Shown here: piece by piece, positions 23,926 to 36,300 of the stretch
How positions within the stretch are numbered: position 1 is the stretch's first letter
Layout of the letters: every line of letters begins with the position of its first letter
Source of the DNA: Flectonema sp. DT1601
Taxonomy: Eukaryota
Assembly (NCBI GenBank): GCA_964019425.1
Contig: OZ025782.1
Coordinates: forward strand, 1,674,001 to 1,738,000
Length of the DNA stretch: 64,000 nucleotides
Direction of reading: 5' to 3'
Notes under the pieces: generated by a model
What the model saw: the letters and a program-made list of their open reading frames with translations, nothing else
The model's database searches: none
Told to the model about the DNA's origin: nothing
Translations under genes and position numbers: made by a program

Positions 23926-25347
23926 ATGAGTTTCAACGTACTAATTCCTGTTGGTGTTAAAGACGTTCCACAATCTATAGAAGGAATTAAAAGTATCAGA
24001 AAATGACTTCCCGAAGCTGGAGAAATCGCAATCATACTCGCTGATGGAGGAGATGAAAAGATGATAGTGGCCGACAGAGTAATACGTGATTCTGAAATAT
24101 TGAAAAAAATCAGCAACGACGTTAACTGGGATCAGTATAGTGGATGGCTTAAGCAACAATTAATAAAGATTTACTCTCCTATATACGAGTCAAAGGGATA
24201 TCAGTACACTCTAATATGTGATGCTGATGTGGTATGGTTACGGGAGACGTTGTTCTTTACAGATCATGTTCACCCTAAAATACTATTGTCAAGGGGTGGT
24301 GGGTTCGATAAATTAACATATCGAAACTTTCCATCTTATTTATTAGGAGATGATGTTTTTTTGTTAAAGACATCTGGTGTAGCGCATCACACTATGGTTC
24401 ATATCCCCACAGTAGTGGACCTAATAAAGAGTGTTGAAGAACAACATGATACTTCATTTGTTGAGGCTTACTTAAATAGTAGATTCCGACAGTCAGAATA
24501 CCAACTTTTATATTCTTATTTTCTAATAAATCGTAGAGATCGATTTCTCATAGGTGATAGGCCATTTGTTGTAAGTGGAAACTGCTCCCTTTACATGTCG
24601 GCTAACATGTCTTTTTGTGTTTCACATCATCACTTTAGAGATTGTGGAGTTCGCTCTCATTGGGAAGATGAAAGTTTTTTATCAGGTAGTAGAGAGAGGG
24701 TTCCTAACGAGGGGGTTAATAATTTTTATAAACCAATATCAAAATGTGTGTGGAATACTTTGCAAGAGTGTGAACAACTTTCCGATCGATGTGATTATTT
24801 AAGTTTCACGTCTGACTTGGGTGATGTCATGCGAATCTGTCGTCAAATTCGCATCACAAATATCCGACATGGTCTACCTTCAAGCTGCTATTCACCTGCC
24901 ACAACCACAGTCTTATTCGGAGTTGCTGTCGCAGAGCAATTACTATTTCTTCTACTCCCTATTGCTTGTTATGTTCGTTTTGGTTATTCTGCATTAATCA
25001 AGAGTCATATAGTTCTGTACTCTTTACTAACTTTATTCCTGTTTCTGAATTCACTGGGTACACTACTTATATTACAGCCTCCGTTGTTTATCTACACATT
25101 GCTTACTGCTGCTGTCTCTCACGTTGTAGTTGGTTTAGGTCAGGTAGTTAGGCGTAGATACATTAATGGGATGCTATCTGGTGGGTCATTTGTTATTGTA
25201 ATGCAGTTTATAAGACCTTTGGTGTGTCAAGAACCACCTGATGATGAAAGATTATCTCTGATGTTGTTACTTCTTGCGATTGTTGGATTAGAGTTTAAAA
25301 AATTAACAAACGCTCGTCGTTTGAAATTAAAGTCAATTTCATATTGA
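23926..25347 (+). CDS. GT-A fold (DxD) glycosyltransferase-like membrane protein with in-frame TGA at 24004-24006 (pseudogene, null allele, readthrough or sequence error)
   Basis: ATG 23926 gives MSFNVLIPVGVKDVPQSIEGIKSIRK*LPEAGEIAII, in frame with ORF 24061-25347 (GWLKQQLIK, CDADVVWLR, SEYQL, C-terminal TM helices). Confidence 0.7.
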
Positions 25348-25444
25348 GATTATTTTTTTATATCACAATTTGTGTACTTCATGAACAAGTTTTTTTTTTT
25401 AATTTATTTTTTTAACTTATAATTCTAACTACAGACGACACTGA

Positions 25445-27550
25445 ATGTCAAAAATAATATCATTCAGAACAACACAACTAAAACCATTCATAAACACTGA
25501 TGAAGAGAATACCGATAACAATGAAGACGGTTGTCTTGAATCCAGAATGGGTCACAGCATTGTAAGAGCAACGAAAGAAGGACGACTTGTTATGTTTGGA
25601 GGTAGACGAACAATTGATAATAAACCAATACCAGAAGTTGTAGGCATAGACCTATCAAGAATATCCAATGGAAAGAGTGGCAGGTTTATTAAACTTAATA
25701 TCGGTGATGAACATACTGAGATAAAAATTGGTGGGCAGATTGCAAGGTACAGTTATCACAGTCATACTATGAGTCATGTTGGGCAATCAGTTTATATTCA
25801 GGGGGGTTACGCGTCTTCAGCTGGTGATGATATACCGTTTTGGGATCAACATTTTTATCAAATAAAACTACACGGCTTAGAACTCATAAACAAATCATCA
25901 CAACCTCCAACACGATCAAATGATCCACGTCGACGAGGTCACTCAACCATCACTTTCAACAACAATTTTTATATAATCGGAGGCTGGGGACCCCAAGCAG
26001 ACTGGTGGCGTACTGATATAGATCGATTCTCGGTAGAGTCAGATTCTTGGTCGACAATTCAATGTAGATGTACTGAAGGATCGATTCCAAATGTTGCATA
26101 TCATTCAACTATTCTACTCCCTGCTAGTGGTGAAGTTGTTTTGTTTGGAGGTTATGTAGATGAATCAATGATGTTCAAAGACAGGATTTTAAAAAGTCAA
26201 ACCAAACCAAAACCAACACCAACACCATTTAAAGTTGTTGGTCTCTATAACAACTCTCAAGTAGATCTTTTACAGACCAGTCCGTCAGATATTGCAAAGG
26301 GGAGATGGGGTGAAGCTGGTCAGGTTGTATTCTGTGGTAATGCTATCTCTGTATTAAATCTTAATCACATGAAATGGACTCGAAAAATTGCCATTGGACA
26401 CATTCCAGAACCAAGAGCCAATCACAGCGCTATTCTATTATCACCAAAACTAATGATCCTCTCAGGAGGAAGTTGCGGTAGTCATCTATACAACGACTGC
26501 TACATCCTTGATACAACACTCTGGATGTGGACAAAACTCGAGTGCAACTCCGTCATGCGACCAGTCGCTAATCACACAGCAACAATCATTCATGGTTTAT
26601 ATGTACTGTTGGGAGGAAAAACTACATCAGATGATAGCTCTATGTTCTGTGTCACTGCATTGGTAGCTGATATAATAGAGATATATAAACAACAAAAGAA
26701 TAAAATAAAAATAGAAGCGTTGATGGGGACCATAACAAGCGTACAAATGGAGTCGGGAAGTCAACAATTCAATACAACAAAACCAGCTTCAAACGCTAAT
26801 CAACAAGCCTGTACAAGTAGGTTACTCATCCCTAAGAAACCAACTCCAAAAGAGATTCAAATTGAAGAAGAAATGAACAAAATTTCAAAAGTACACAAAA
26901 AACTAGACACACCTGAGAGGGATGAGCTCATTGAAAGACTTTATGGTAGACTCGAGGCACACAGAGATGCTATCGCTAATATGAGTAAACGAAAATATCT
27001 CCAACCTCTCTTTGAAACAAATATAAAAAGATCATCTGCTGAGATCACAAAAAGACTTCACGAGTACGGGGTTGCTCATCAAACAGCAAATAAAGAATCG
27101 TTACTAAGAAAGTCGATATCGACATGGAAAGGAAATGGTCTTCAAGGACAATGGGTGACTGGTGATTACCAAGAAGTAGATGAACGTCGAAAAAAGAATA
27201 TTTCTAGGGCTAAGCATTCACCTCCAACGATAGCTGAACAAGATCATTTTGATGAGGTCAATCGACGTTTTTATGAAGATCGAAAACCAACTTCTGATGT
27301 GTCCCGTCGCAAAGGCATCCAACTGTTCCAGAAATACAATCCACAGAAAGACCCAGCTCGCAAGTTTAAGAAATCTGAGATTGAAAAATTAAACGAAAAA
27401 TTCCATAACAAGGGTGTCGCGGACAAGGAAGCAGCGAAGGCGAACGCTTCCAACACGTACATCAAATGCAGACAATCAGTCTTTAAAAAACAAAGTCCGA
27501 AAGATTGGAATAAAACCGTTGAACGATTATATCAACAAAAACCAAAGTAA
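25445..27550 (+). CDS. Kelch-repeat protein with charged C-terminal region
   Basis: Repeated R.GHS/NHS ... hhhGG units (RMGHS..VMFGG, RRGHS..YIIGG, RANHS..ILSGG). Confidence 0.85.
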   Translation: MSKIISFRTTQLKPFINTDEENTDNNEDGCLESRMGHSIVRATKEGRLVMFGGRRTIDNKPIPEVVGIDLSRISNGKSGRFIKLNIGDEHTEIKIGGQIARYSYHSHTMSHVGQSVYIQGGYASSAGDDIPFWDQHFYQIKLHGLELINKSSQPPTRSNDPRRRGHSTITFNNNFYIIGGWGPQADWWRTDIDRFSVESDSWSTIQCRCTEGSIPNVAYHSTILLPASGEVVLFGGYVDESMMFKDRILKSQTKPKPTPTPFKVVGLYNNSQVDLLQTSPSDIAKGRWGEAGQVVFCGNAISVLNLNHMKWTRKIAIGHIPEPRANHSAILLSPKLMILSGGSCGSHLYNDCYILDTTLWMWTKLECNSVMRPVANHTATIIHGLYVLLGGKTTSDDSSMFCVTALVADIIEIYKQQKNKIKIEALMGTITSVQMESGSQQFNTTKPASNANQQACTSRLLIPKKPTPKEIQIEEEMNKISKVHKKLDTPERDELIERLYGRLEAHRDAIANMSKRKYLQPLFETNIKRSSAEITKRLHEYGVAHQTANKESLLRKSISTWKGNGLQGQWVTGDYQEVDERRKKNISRAKHSPPTIAEQDHFDEVNRRFYEDRKPTSDVSRRKGIQLFQKYNPQKDPARKFKKSEIEKLNEKFHNKGVADKEAAKANASNTYIKCRQSVFKKQSPKDWNKTVERLYQQKPK

Positions 27551-27819
27551 ACAACCGCAGACCACAATCGATATACCGTGAAAGACCTCCCCCAGGTGGT
27601 CACATTTACACGATTACCCGCTTTACAGCGATTTAGTTCTTTTTAAGTCTCTCTTATTTCTTCCGTCTTGCATAACTTATTGTTATTACTTTTTCACAGA
27701 AAATTCACAGAAAAAAATAGAATAAAATGAATGACTACGATACTTTAATTAATTACTTTTCACCGCGTTCCTTAACTTTTTTAAATTCCCTTTCAGAATG
27801 TAACGAAGAAATATAAAAC

Positions 27820-28659
27820 ATGTTAGGTCTCGGTATGGGTGGAAAACTACTTTTCCTAATATCAATATTATTAGGAATGTTAAGCAGCGTGTTGTTATGG
27901 GTACCAAATCCAATGAGTCCTGGTGAAGTCCAAGAAAGATACGGTCCTTGGAGTGTCGTGATTGGTGGTGGAGAAATAGGGTTAGCTTGGGTGAAAGAAC
28001 TACACTCCCAGGGACTCGATGTTATCTTAGTAACAGACCAAAGAGAGTTTATTGATGAGACAATGTTATCAGACATCAATAATAATAATAATGATGATGA
28101 TGGCGGTGTTGTTGTTCATTCCCCAATTGATTATTCCGTTGACAATATCGTGTTTTTTTCAAACCTAACCCTAAACTATGACATCGGGTTAGTAATAGTG
28201 ACCTCTCAGACTACTGAAAGTTCTGCTTTCATACAAAGTAATCTTGAAATACATCACGATCTCGTCAATTCAAATATAAAAAACTCTATCGATGCCACCT
28301 ACGCAATGCTAAGTCGATTTAATGAAAGCAGTAGAGTTTCAGGAATCATATTTGATGGTTCGGTTGCTGCTCTTCAAGGAATTCAAAATAAAGTTATATA
28401 CGCTGCTACAAAGTCATTCATGGTATCATTCTCGTTGGGTTTATATGAAGAATTCAGTTCTAATTTAAATATTGATATCTTGTCTTGTCTATCAGGCGAT
28501 ATTATATCTGATTGGAGAGTACCGACATCTGATTCAACACATCAATGCTTGCATGCACTACCTCTTGGGATGCCTTCACTCGCTGTGGGATGGTTTAATC
28601 GAGTTCTGAGCCTTGCGATTCCATACTTCCCGATATCGGTTTTCGGTGATAGTCAGTAA
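27820..28659 (+). CDS. Short-chain dehydrogenase/reductase (17-beta-HSD/KAR-like), divergent
   Basis: N-terminal TM segment, YGPWSVVIGGGEIG Rossmann-like start, GSVAA and YAATKSF (YxxxK). Confidence 0.8.
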   Translation: MLGLGMGGKLLFLISILLGMLSSVLLWVPNPMSPGEVQERYGPWSVVIGGGEIGLAWVKELHSQGLDVILVTDQREFIDETMLSDINNNNNDDDGGVVVHSPIDYSVDNIVFFSNLTLNYDIGLVIVTSQTTESSAFIQSNLEIHHDLVNSNIKNSIDATYAMLSRFNESSRVSGIIFDGSVAALQGIQNKVIYAATKSFMVSFSLGLYEEFSSNLNIDILSCLSGDIISDWRVPTSDSTHQCLHALPLGMPSLAVGWFNRVLSLAIPYFPISVFGDSQ

Positions 28660-28901
28660 TTTTTTTTTTTTTTTTTTTTTATAAAAAAAAAGTACCTTCT
28701 CAGTATCTGTGTATTCACACTAGAAAATATTATAATTTGGAAAAAAAAAAAAAAAATCAGAAGGGGAACAAGAAGAAAAAAAAAAAAAAAAAAAAACCAA
28801 CAGCAGCATTTCTTCAGTTCAGCTGTAACATCATCCGCGGGTGACAATTCTTCAAAATATTTTTTTTTCATTCTATTTTATCATCTAACAGAAGCATTAA
28901 G

Positions 28902-30386
28902 ATGCAAGGCATAGTGAGGAATCCCGATTGTGGATTTTCAGATGTCATATTTGAAGCCACGACAGACACTCTCGTTGATGATGTGATTCAACAAGCAGCT
29001 GACGAATGGGGCATAGATAAGGAAGAGATTGAACTCTCATTCGCAGGTGACGTGCTTCCTCAGAATACCAAACTACTGTCACAGGGTTTGACTGCTAATG
29101 CAGAATTGATCGCATTAAAAAAGCAATTTCGTCTATTTGGTATCAGTTGGTTCAAAAATAAGACGAAAAGAAATCAAATGGTTCAACGATACGAAGAGAG
29201 TCACAACAGAAATCTTTATGTCGATTGTCAAAGCTTCTGTAATGAGGGTTGTCTTTACTTTCCAACACTTCCTTCAGAAATTAAGAAAACTACATTCCAA
29301 TCAAATGACTCTAATAAAGACATCAGCGTAGTTAGTAGTGATTTCCTACGTGATAATACTTCTGTTACGTTTATTGATTTATCAAATCTTAGTAATGTCA
29401 CCCTTATTGATAATTATTTCTTGTCTGATTGCTCTTCCCTGTCGATACTTGTACTACCCAACAGTATAATCACCATAGGAATGCAGTTCCTGTCATTTTG
29501 TTGTTCACTTACAGATCTTAATTTAAGTGTTCTTACGAACTGTACTGTGGTGGGTGATTGTTTTTTAGCTGGTTGTGAATCACTCACAGAACTGGATTTG
29601 TCTGGACTGCGAAGTGTTACTCGCATTGGAGATTACTTTCTAAGTGAATGCAATTCTGTTATGAAGATCGACACGTCGGGGATTTGTAGCGTTTCAGAAA
29701 TTGGAAAAGGATTCTTTCACAGCTGTACCTCAATAACACAAATCAACTTATCAGGTTTACGTAACATGACCGCCATCGATGATAGTTTTCTTGCTGGCTG
29801 TAGATTTCTCACAGACGTAAACTTGTCGTGTCTCAGCAACGTAACGAAAATCGGAAATCATTTTATGTCTTATTGTAAATCACTTACGGAGATAGATATG
29901 TCAGATTTAAATATTATAACCGATGTTGGAGATGGTTTCCTTTCTAGTTGTTCGTCGATTACGGAACTGAATTTGTCAAATTGGAATAGTGTGACTGCTG
30001 TTGGAAATTACTTTGCTTGCGATTGTACCTCTCTGAGATGCGTTGATCTGTCTGGTTTTCGTAGTTTAGTTGTAATTCAAAATAACTTTTTGACGTATTG
30101 CACTTCACTTTCTAAATGCAACTTTTCTGGTCTCAGTAACGTTACAGCTATTCGAAATGATTTCTTAGGAAATTGTTCTGCGCTAAAGCAAATCGATTTA
30201 TCGGCACTCTGTAATGTTACGGAAGTTGGTGATAATTTTATTTTAAATTGTGATTTGAATAAGAAAATCATTCTACCGAATGTCAATAAGAATTTATTTA
30301 TTAAACCTTCCGGAACAATAAAGAAAACCATCCGAATGATTGCTTCTGTGGTTGTTTTATTTTTATTCTTTTCTTTTGTACATTAA
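28902..30386 (+). CDS. Ubiquitin-like domain plus Cys-rich LRR array with C-terminal hydrophobic tail
   Basis: Ubl-like N-terminus (EEIELSFAGDVL...LLSQGL), about 25-aa repeats of LDLSGLxxVTxIGxxFLxxC, ending IASVVVLFLFFSFVH. Confidence 0.85.
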   Translation: MQGIVRNPDCGFSDVIFEATTDTLVDDVIQQAADEWGIDKEEIELSFAGDVLPQNTKLLSQGLTANAELIALKKQFRLFGISWFKNKTKRNQMVQRYEESHNRNLYVDCQSFCNEGCLYFPTLPSEIKKTTFQSNDSNKDISVVSSDFLRDNTSVTFIDLSNLSNVTLIDNYFLSDCSSLSILVLPNSIITIGMQFLSFCCSLTDLNLSVLTNCTVVGDCFLAGCESLTELDLSGLRSVTRIGDYFLSECNSVMKIDTSGICSVSEIGKGFFHSCTSITQINLSGLRNMTAIDDSFLAGCRFLTDVNLSCLSNVTKIGNHFMSYCKSLTEIDMSDLNIITDVGDGFLSSCSSITELNLSNWNSVTAVGNYFACDCTSLRCVDLSGFRSLVVIQNNFLTYCTSLSKCNFSGLSNVTAIRNDFLGNCSALKQIDLSALCNVTEVGDNFILNCDLNKKIILPNVNKNLFIKPSGTIKKTIRMIASVVVLFLFFSFVH

Positions 30387-30451
30387 CATAATTTTTTATA
30401 TTCTGATTTCAAATTACAGTAATTTCTAATCACAGCAGAGCCTTAACAACT

Positions 30452-31064
30452 ATGCCTGCAGTTGCTCAGAGGCGTAGGCGGAACAGGGTGGTTGGAAGAT
30501 GGTTGTACAGTCGGTGTGTTATTATCAATGTTTTTATTTGGTTTCTCAGTGTTAATCAACTTATATAATAAAATACCACAATAAAAACACAGTCTTGCTC
30601 ACCTTTGCACTGTACTAGGATCAGTAAACCGTGAAGTTATGATTTTTAGTAAAGAAGTCTACAGAGCATGCCTGGCTGATGCAGTCTCCGCTGCAAAACA
30701 GAGATTGGGTGTTGGAGATAAATTCTGGGCAAGACTAATGTCGAGAATGGGATTAACCAGGAGAGTTGTAGTCAGAAAGAGAAGAAGGAATGCAAGGCAT
30801 TTGACGTCGTTAGAAAATGAATTGGAAGCTTTGAAATTAGAGATAGCAGATATAAGAGGACACCTTGTCCCACAGTCATCGTCTGGGTGTAAGACTGATG
30901 AAAGTCCTGTTCTTGTGCAGAAGCCAGTTTTGAGAAGACCGCCTCCACCACCTGTAAAAAGAAACGTTTCACGATCAACAGCTGTACCACATCAGCAACG
31001 TCAACTTCCAAAGAGAATGTTGCAGCCGATTAGTTCCGAAATCGCAGAAGACGAATACGATTAA
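30452..31064 (+). CDS. Hypothetical basic coiled-coil protein; intron 30514-30592
   Basis: An upstream exon MPAVAQRRRRNRVVGRWLYSR splices (GTGTGT..ACACAG) in frame into ORF 30639-31064, giving about 177 aa. Confidence 0.65.
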
Positions 31065-31839
31065 AATCTAATTAACCAACTGGAAAGTACATCAACTCCT
31101 CTTACGGATGTTTCACCGACGGATTGCGGTATTATCGTGCAAGGCTTGCATGGAATAAAATATGGTCATTAAATTAGTTTAGTCTTCCAACATACAAAAA
31201 TAATAATAATAATAATAAATTATAATCAGGAATCAAAACAGAGTTTCTCTCTTTTTATTTTTTTTAATTTTTAATTTTTTTTTTGTTTTTTTTGTTTCTA
31301 AAAATTTCTATTATGCTTATTGCTGGCTAAGGTCAGGTAGTTCCATTCAAGGGGTGTCACTCAAAGATGTTGGAGAAAAAGATTGTTTTGGGTTTGTCAG
31401 ACCCCCAACTCTAACCCGCGGAAGGGAAAAAAAAAAAACGTTATTGTTCTGATTTCCCCCCTTTTTTTTTTTTTTTGGTTCTTGCTGTAATCTTCGATTA
31501 ATTTTTTCATTTTTCATTTTTTTTATTCTTATGAAATGCCGACAGTCATGTTAAGACATTTTTTTTTGTGTTCAAACAAAAAAGAAAAAAAAACAAAAAA
31601 AAAAAAAAAAAAAAAGGAAGGAAGGAAAAACAACTGTTACGGTATCGTCTGGGTACGTACTTATCAGTCAAAGGGTAATAATGTCAATATTCCCATCCCC
31701 TTTTTTTATTTGATATCTAAATCGACGTGTCGTATCCTAAGTTAGTTAAAAGTGATAGCTATTCTAAAACAACTAGAAAGGTAGATTTTATATATTCAAT
31801 TTCTTTTCAAGGAACTACATCAGATAAAACGCAAATGAC

Positions 31840-32754
31840 ATGAGTCTCGATGACTTGTTGAAGTTCTCTGATGCGAATGGGAATGAGACTGAATTCTCAG
31901 GACAGTTTTCATATGCGATCTCTGAAACAGATGATGGAAATGAAAACATTCTAAACACTCTGTTAAGAAGTTCTCCTCCACCAATTACCAATACCGTCCC
32001 CGCAAATGGTGTCGATGGTGATAGCTGGGATGAATCTTCTACTTGCAGTACAGTCAGTGATGTCCATCACACCTCTACTGGCGGTAAAGTTAGTTTTGCA
32101 GAACCCAGCGCAAACACTGGGTTGGTTAAAAAACCCGACATCTGGAAACGACTATACCACAAAGCAATCCCTGAAGAAACAGATCTCCACCATTCAATCT
32201 CTACATTCATAAATGAGAGTATGAAATCTGCGGAATTACAAAAAGAAAAACAACAACAAGTCGACCTCCACTGGAAGGCTAACAGAGACAGACTCGCAAG
32301 AGCATCAACAAAACGTCGTGCGAAGAGAGATGCTGACAAGAATGTTTCAAAAAATGAAAGTGTTCCTTACAATAACAGAAAGTTAGATCCCATAAAAGAC
32401 GAACAGCTGTTCGTTACGAGTGGTTTAGCTGGAATTCCTGAACCACCATCAGTAACAAAACCAAAACCAAAATTTAAGGTTAACAGTGTCGAAGACATTA
32501 ATATTTTTAAAGGATACGCCCGTGGCGCTCCTACACCCCGTGAGAAGTATCGCGCACCTCCAAAAACTATACCGCAGAAGGTCACACAGGTTCCTAGAGA
32601 AGCATACGAACAACCAACGAGAGAGAGAACACAAAGACTCTATGAGGATGCACAACAACGGGAACAGATGAGAATTAGAACTAAGTTCCTTTCACAAAAA
32701 CTAAATAGGACCGCAAAAAGACGCGAGATGGACATCATTATGGGACGATTGTAG
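31840..32754 (+). CDS. Hypothetical hydrophilic protein
   Basis: 304-aa ORF with coding-like composition and WKRLY/QRLY motifs. No family recognised. Confidence 0.7.
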   Translation: MSLDDLLKFSDANGNETEFSGQFSYAISETDDGNENILNTLLRSSPPPITNTVPANGVDGDSWDESSTCSTVSDVHHTSTGGKVSFAEPSANTGLVKKPDIWKRLYHKAIPEETDLHHSISTFINESMKSAELQKEKQQQVDLHWKANRDRLARASTKRRAKRDADKNVSKNESVPYNNRKLDPIKDEQLFVTSGLAGIPEPPSVTKPKPKFKVNSVEDINIFKGYARGAPTPREKYRAPPKTIPQKVTQVPREAYEQPTRERTQRLYEDAQQREQMRIRTKFLSQKLNRTAKRREMDIIMGRL

Positions 32755-33323
32755 ATTATTCAATACTTCTGTTCGGTAAAATCTACACTCTGCCGTATTA
32801 CATTATACCTCTGGTTTTGGTTTCTCAGGGCTCGCGGCTATTTGAGTAATTAAATTACTCGATTCCGAAAGAAGAGATGTGTTTAATTAATGAATATGTC
32901 CTTTACGTCAATCTGCGAGTGTGTTTTTTACCTATACTAATATTAACTGACGGTTTTTTTAAATTTTTTAGTTATATCTGATACAATCCGGGTGTTTCAC
33001 TCAAAAAAACATTTATTCCCCCCCACACGGTACCTATGCCGTTCATTGTATTTATATTAATTTATTAGATTTTATTTTATATTTTTAATATTGTTCTTTT
33101 GATTAGTATGTTTGAACTGTTTTTATTATAAAAAAAACTAACACCTTTTTTTTAATGTAGCCCCGATTCCTAACGATGTGACTTGGCTTATTGTCTGTTA
33201 AACTTGTGTGTCTTGTTAAAAAAAAACTAAACATATTTATTTTTTAAAAAAATTTTTTTTTTAAAGGTTGATGACTACAGTGAAAAAGTAGTTTTAGAAA
33301 AAAAAAAAAAAAAAAAAAAAAAA

Positions 33324-36300
33324 ATGGTTAAAATTGGATTTTTATCAAGTGAGGAAATCGTCAGGTTGAGAGAACTTCATAAAGACCATAGAAAACTAGT
33401 AACTTCGGAGTACACTGCAGAAGAACAAGAACATCATAAAAAACATGCGACGGTTTCACAAGCAAAGTTCCTACAATGGATTATGATAATAAAAAAAATT
33501 ATAATCCCAACATATCCTGAGTTTCCACCGGGATCAGATGAATACAGAAATGACAAGAAAAACAGACCAACTCTGAAACAAGAAGAAGACGGAAACCCGT
33601 TAGAATTACAACGTTTTTTGAACGTATTACCAGCCATTGCGCACTTAGATGAAATAGATGTTGAGGCATTCATTCGGTACTATGAATTTGACGTAGCAGA
33701 TCGTTTTGATCTCCACTTTTGTGAATATCAAAGAAGACTGGCAATGGATACGTTGATGCTTTTCGCATACATTCCTTTTGTTTTTCTATTTGCATATTTT
33801 TTGGTTCAAGGACGTGGTCTTGGATCTGGCTATTACATGAACGCAAACATAGTTGACTTCTTTCTGGGTCAAGAGTTCGAAGTTTCTAATGACCTTCGAT
33901 TCGTCAAAACATATTGGGATATTGGTTCTGACGGTGAATTTTGGGAATTTGTTAACGGACCTCTAATTGGTGGTTTGTGGGCTGGTGAGGGAGATCCGTC
34001 AGAAGTGAACGCCACTCAACTTATCCAACAAACCTTAATGCCAATCGGAGCCTTAAAAATTAGACAAAAACGTGTTAAACGTGAAGTTTGTACTGGAAAA
34101 CAATATTCTATGTTCGCAAACAACGTTGAAGAATACACAAACACTAAAGAAGGAGTCGATTACATCAGAACAAGACAAAGAGATTTCAATGCTTATTGTT
34201 ATCCTGAACTTGACTACCTCAATGACAATACTGAGAAGGGACCGTATCCTTTAATTAATGAACTTCATGATGGTGTTACTCGGTTCAGCTTAGACTCTAA
34301 TGCCCTTCCAAGTCATGTTAATAAACTACCACCGGTATTTGTTGAGACGATATATTTAACAGAAGATATGATTGCCGATGATGATAAATTCATGTTTTCG
34401 GCATTCCAATATCAGAACTGCGATACACTGAACGGATCGTCTAGTTCTTGGACCAGAGGTAAGCTTGGAAGATACCACTGTGATGGTCATGGTGTGGTAT
34501 TTCCATTTTCATGGTCATTGAAAAAAGTCAAAAAAGCAATTGATATCCTCATGAATGGAATCACAGCGGAATACACTGATCCTCACACTGGTCATTTAAC
34601 TACAAAAAGAGTCCCTTGGATTGACAGCCAAACCCGTGGCATTTCATTCGACATCATCTTCTTTAGTAAAGATATAAATCTATTTACATTTTCTCAAATG
34701 CTAGTCGAAGTCACAGCAACTGGATGTTGGATACCAGTGAAGTCATTAAAGTCTTTTGAAATGTTTGTCTGGGACGCTCACAGTCACGCATACTTCTTTT
34801 TTGTATTCCTATACGTCGCATACATATGTTGGTATTGGTTACTATGGGTATATAACTACACCACAAGTGTTATTCAAATCAATGAAGGCAGCAGAAGTGC
34901 TAAGAGGGTGATGATGAGTATGTTTCAAGCGATCCTTAGATTTTGGATTGTTTTTGATTTTATAAACTTATCTCTATTCTTGGTGGCAATGATATTAGTA
35001 ATGAGGACTTGGGTACGAGGCGTCACAAATCAATCGATTCTCCAAACTGATTTCTACCCTCGTGATTACGAGGACATTGCGATCGAAGCCGAATTGGCAT
35101 CCTACATATCAGCCGCGAATGGTCTTCTTACGTTTTGCAGAATTTTTTACTTTCTTCAAATGCATCCTCAGTTGAATTTATTAACAAAAACTGTAAGAAA
35201 AGCTGCTAACGACCTCGTTGGTATTAGTGTGATTTTTATTATTGTTTTCACGGCGTTTTCACTGGTTGCGTATGTGATATATGGGCTTCAATTGGAGGAT
35301 TTCAGATCATTTCAGCAAACTATTGTATCGTTGTGTAGAATGCTCATAGGTGATTTCAACTATGAAGAACTCATGAACGAACGTCGAATTATGACCCCAA
35401 TCATATTCAGTAGTTACAATGCGTTAGCTGTTTTCATATTGCTCAATATGGTTATTGCTATTTTGGATGAGGCTTTTAGTAAAGTTCAGAGTGAAAAATA
35501 TGTTCCTCGAAAACTCTTAAGTCTAATGAACAGCTCTGATGATCAAGAGTTCGAGTATGCTGGTGATTACGTAGAGAGGTCATTTGTTTATGAATTGTTG
35601 TTTAATAATCCTCCGATGAAAGAATTCTTTTATTGGTGGGGTAGAATTCATTTGGAATTTTTAATAATTGCGGGTCATGATCGTAAAAGCAGAGAATGGA
35701 GAGATAAATTACATAACGTTCGTAGAAGCAATCCAAGAGTCTATTGGTCAATGAGAGTACATGAAATTCGTAAAAATATGAAAACTTACGCGTTCAAAGA
35801 CAGATGCAGGCTAATCCCTAGAGAACTTGATTACGTTCTAATGGAGCAGCTTGGTGAAGATTTCCTCCTTCTGAGAGACGGTCTCATGTGGAAGCCTGCC
35901 AAGGTATGTGACAAGATTTTTCCAAATTTTTCACAAAAAAAAACAAAAAAACAACAACAACAACAACAGGCAATGCATCGTAACCCTCAACGACTATTAG
36001 AAAACATTCTTCAATTCCACCACTTGTGGCAAATCAACGTCGAAGCTGTTACCCAGACCGGTAAGACACTGAAATTGATGAAAGAAGTTCAAGAGAAGAA
36101 GTATGTTATTATTACTCTCCAATTACTATGATATACTTAACTATTACACAACAACTCAACAACTAAACAGACGAGAGGAGAAATTGCGACAAGCGTTTGT
36201 TAAACAACAAGAAAAATACAAAGAGGAATCTAGACACGATACCTTTAGAAGACTTAGACAGAAATATGGACGGTGTGTTATTTATACTTTTGTTTTGTTT

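Noticed and set aside
24004..24006. Genome-wide TGA reassignment (alternative genetic code)
   Set aside because: TGA terminates several well-defined genes in the window, and other long ORFs contain no internal TGA.
32800..33010. Possible snRNA-like sequence (CGGCTATTT..., ATATCTGATAC) and the palindrome GAGTAATT-A-AATTACTC
   Set aside because: Only short scattered matches, with no branch-point recognition or Sm-site arrangement I can support.
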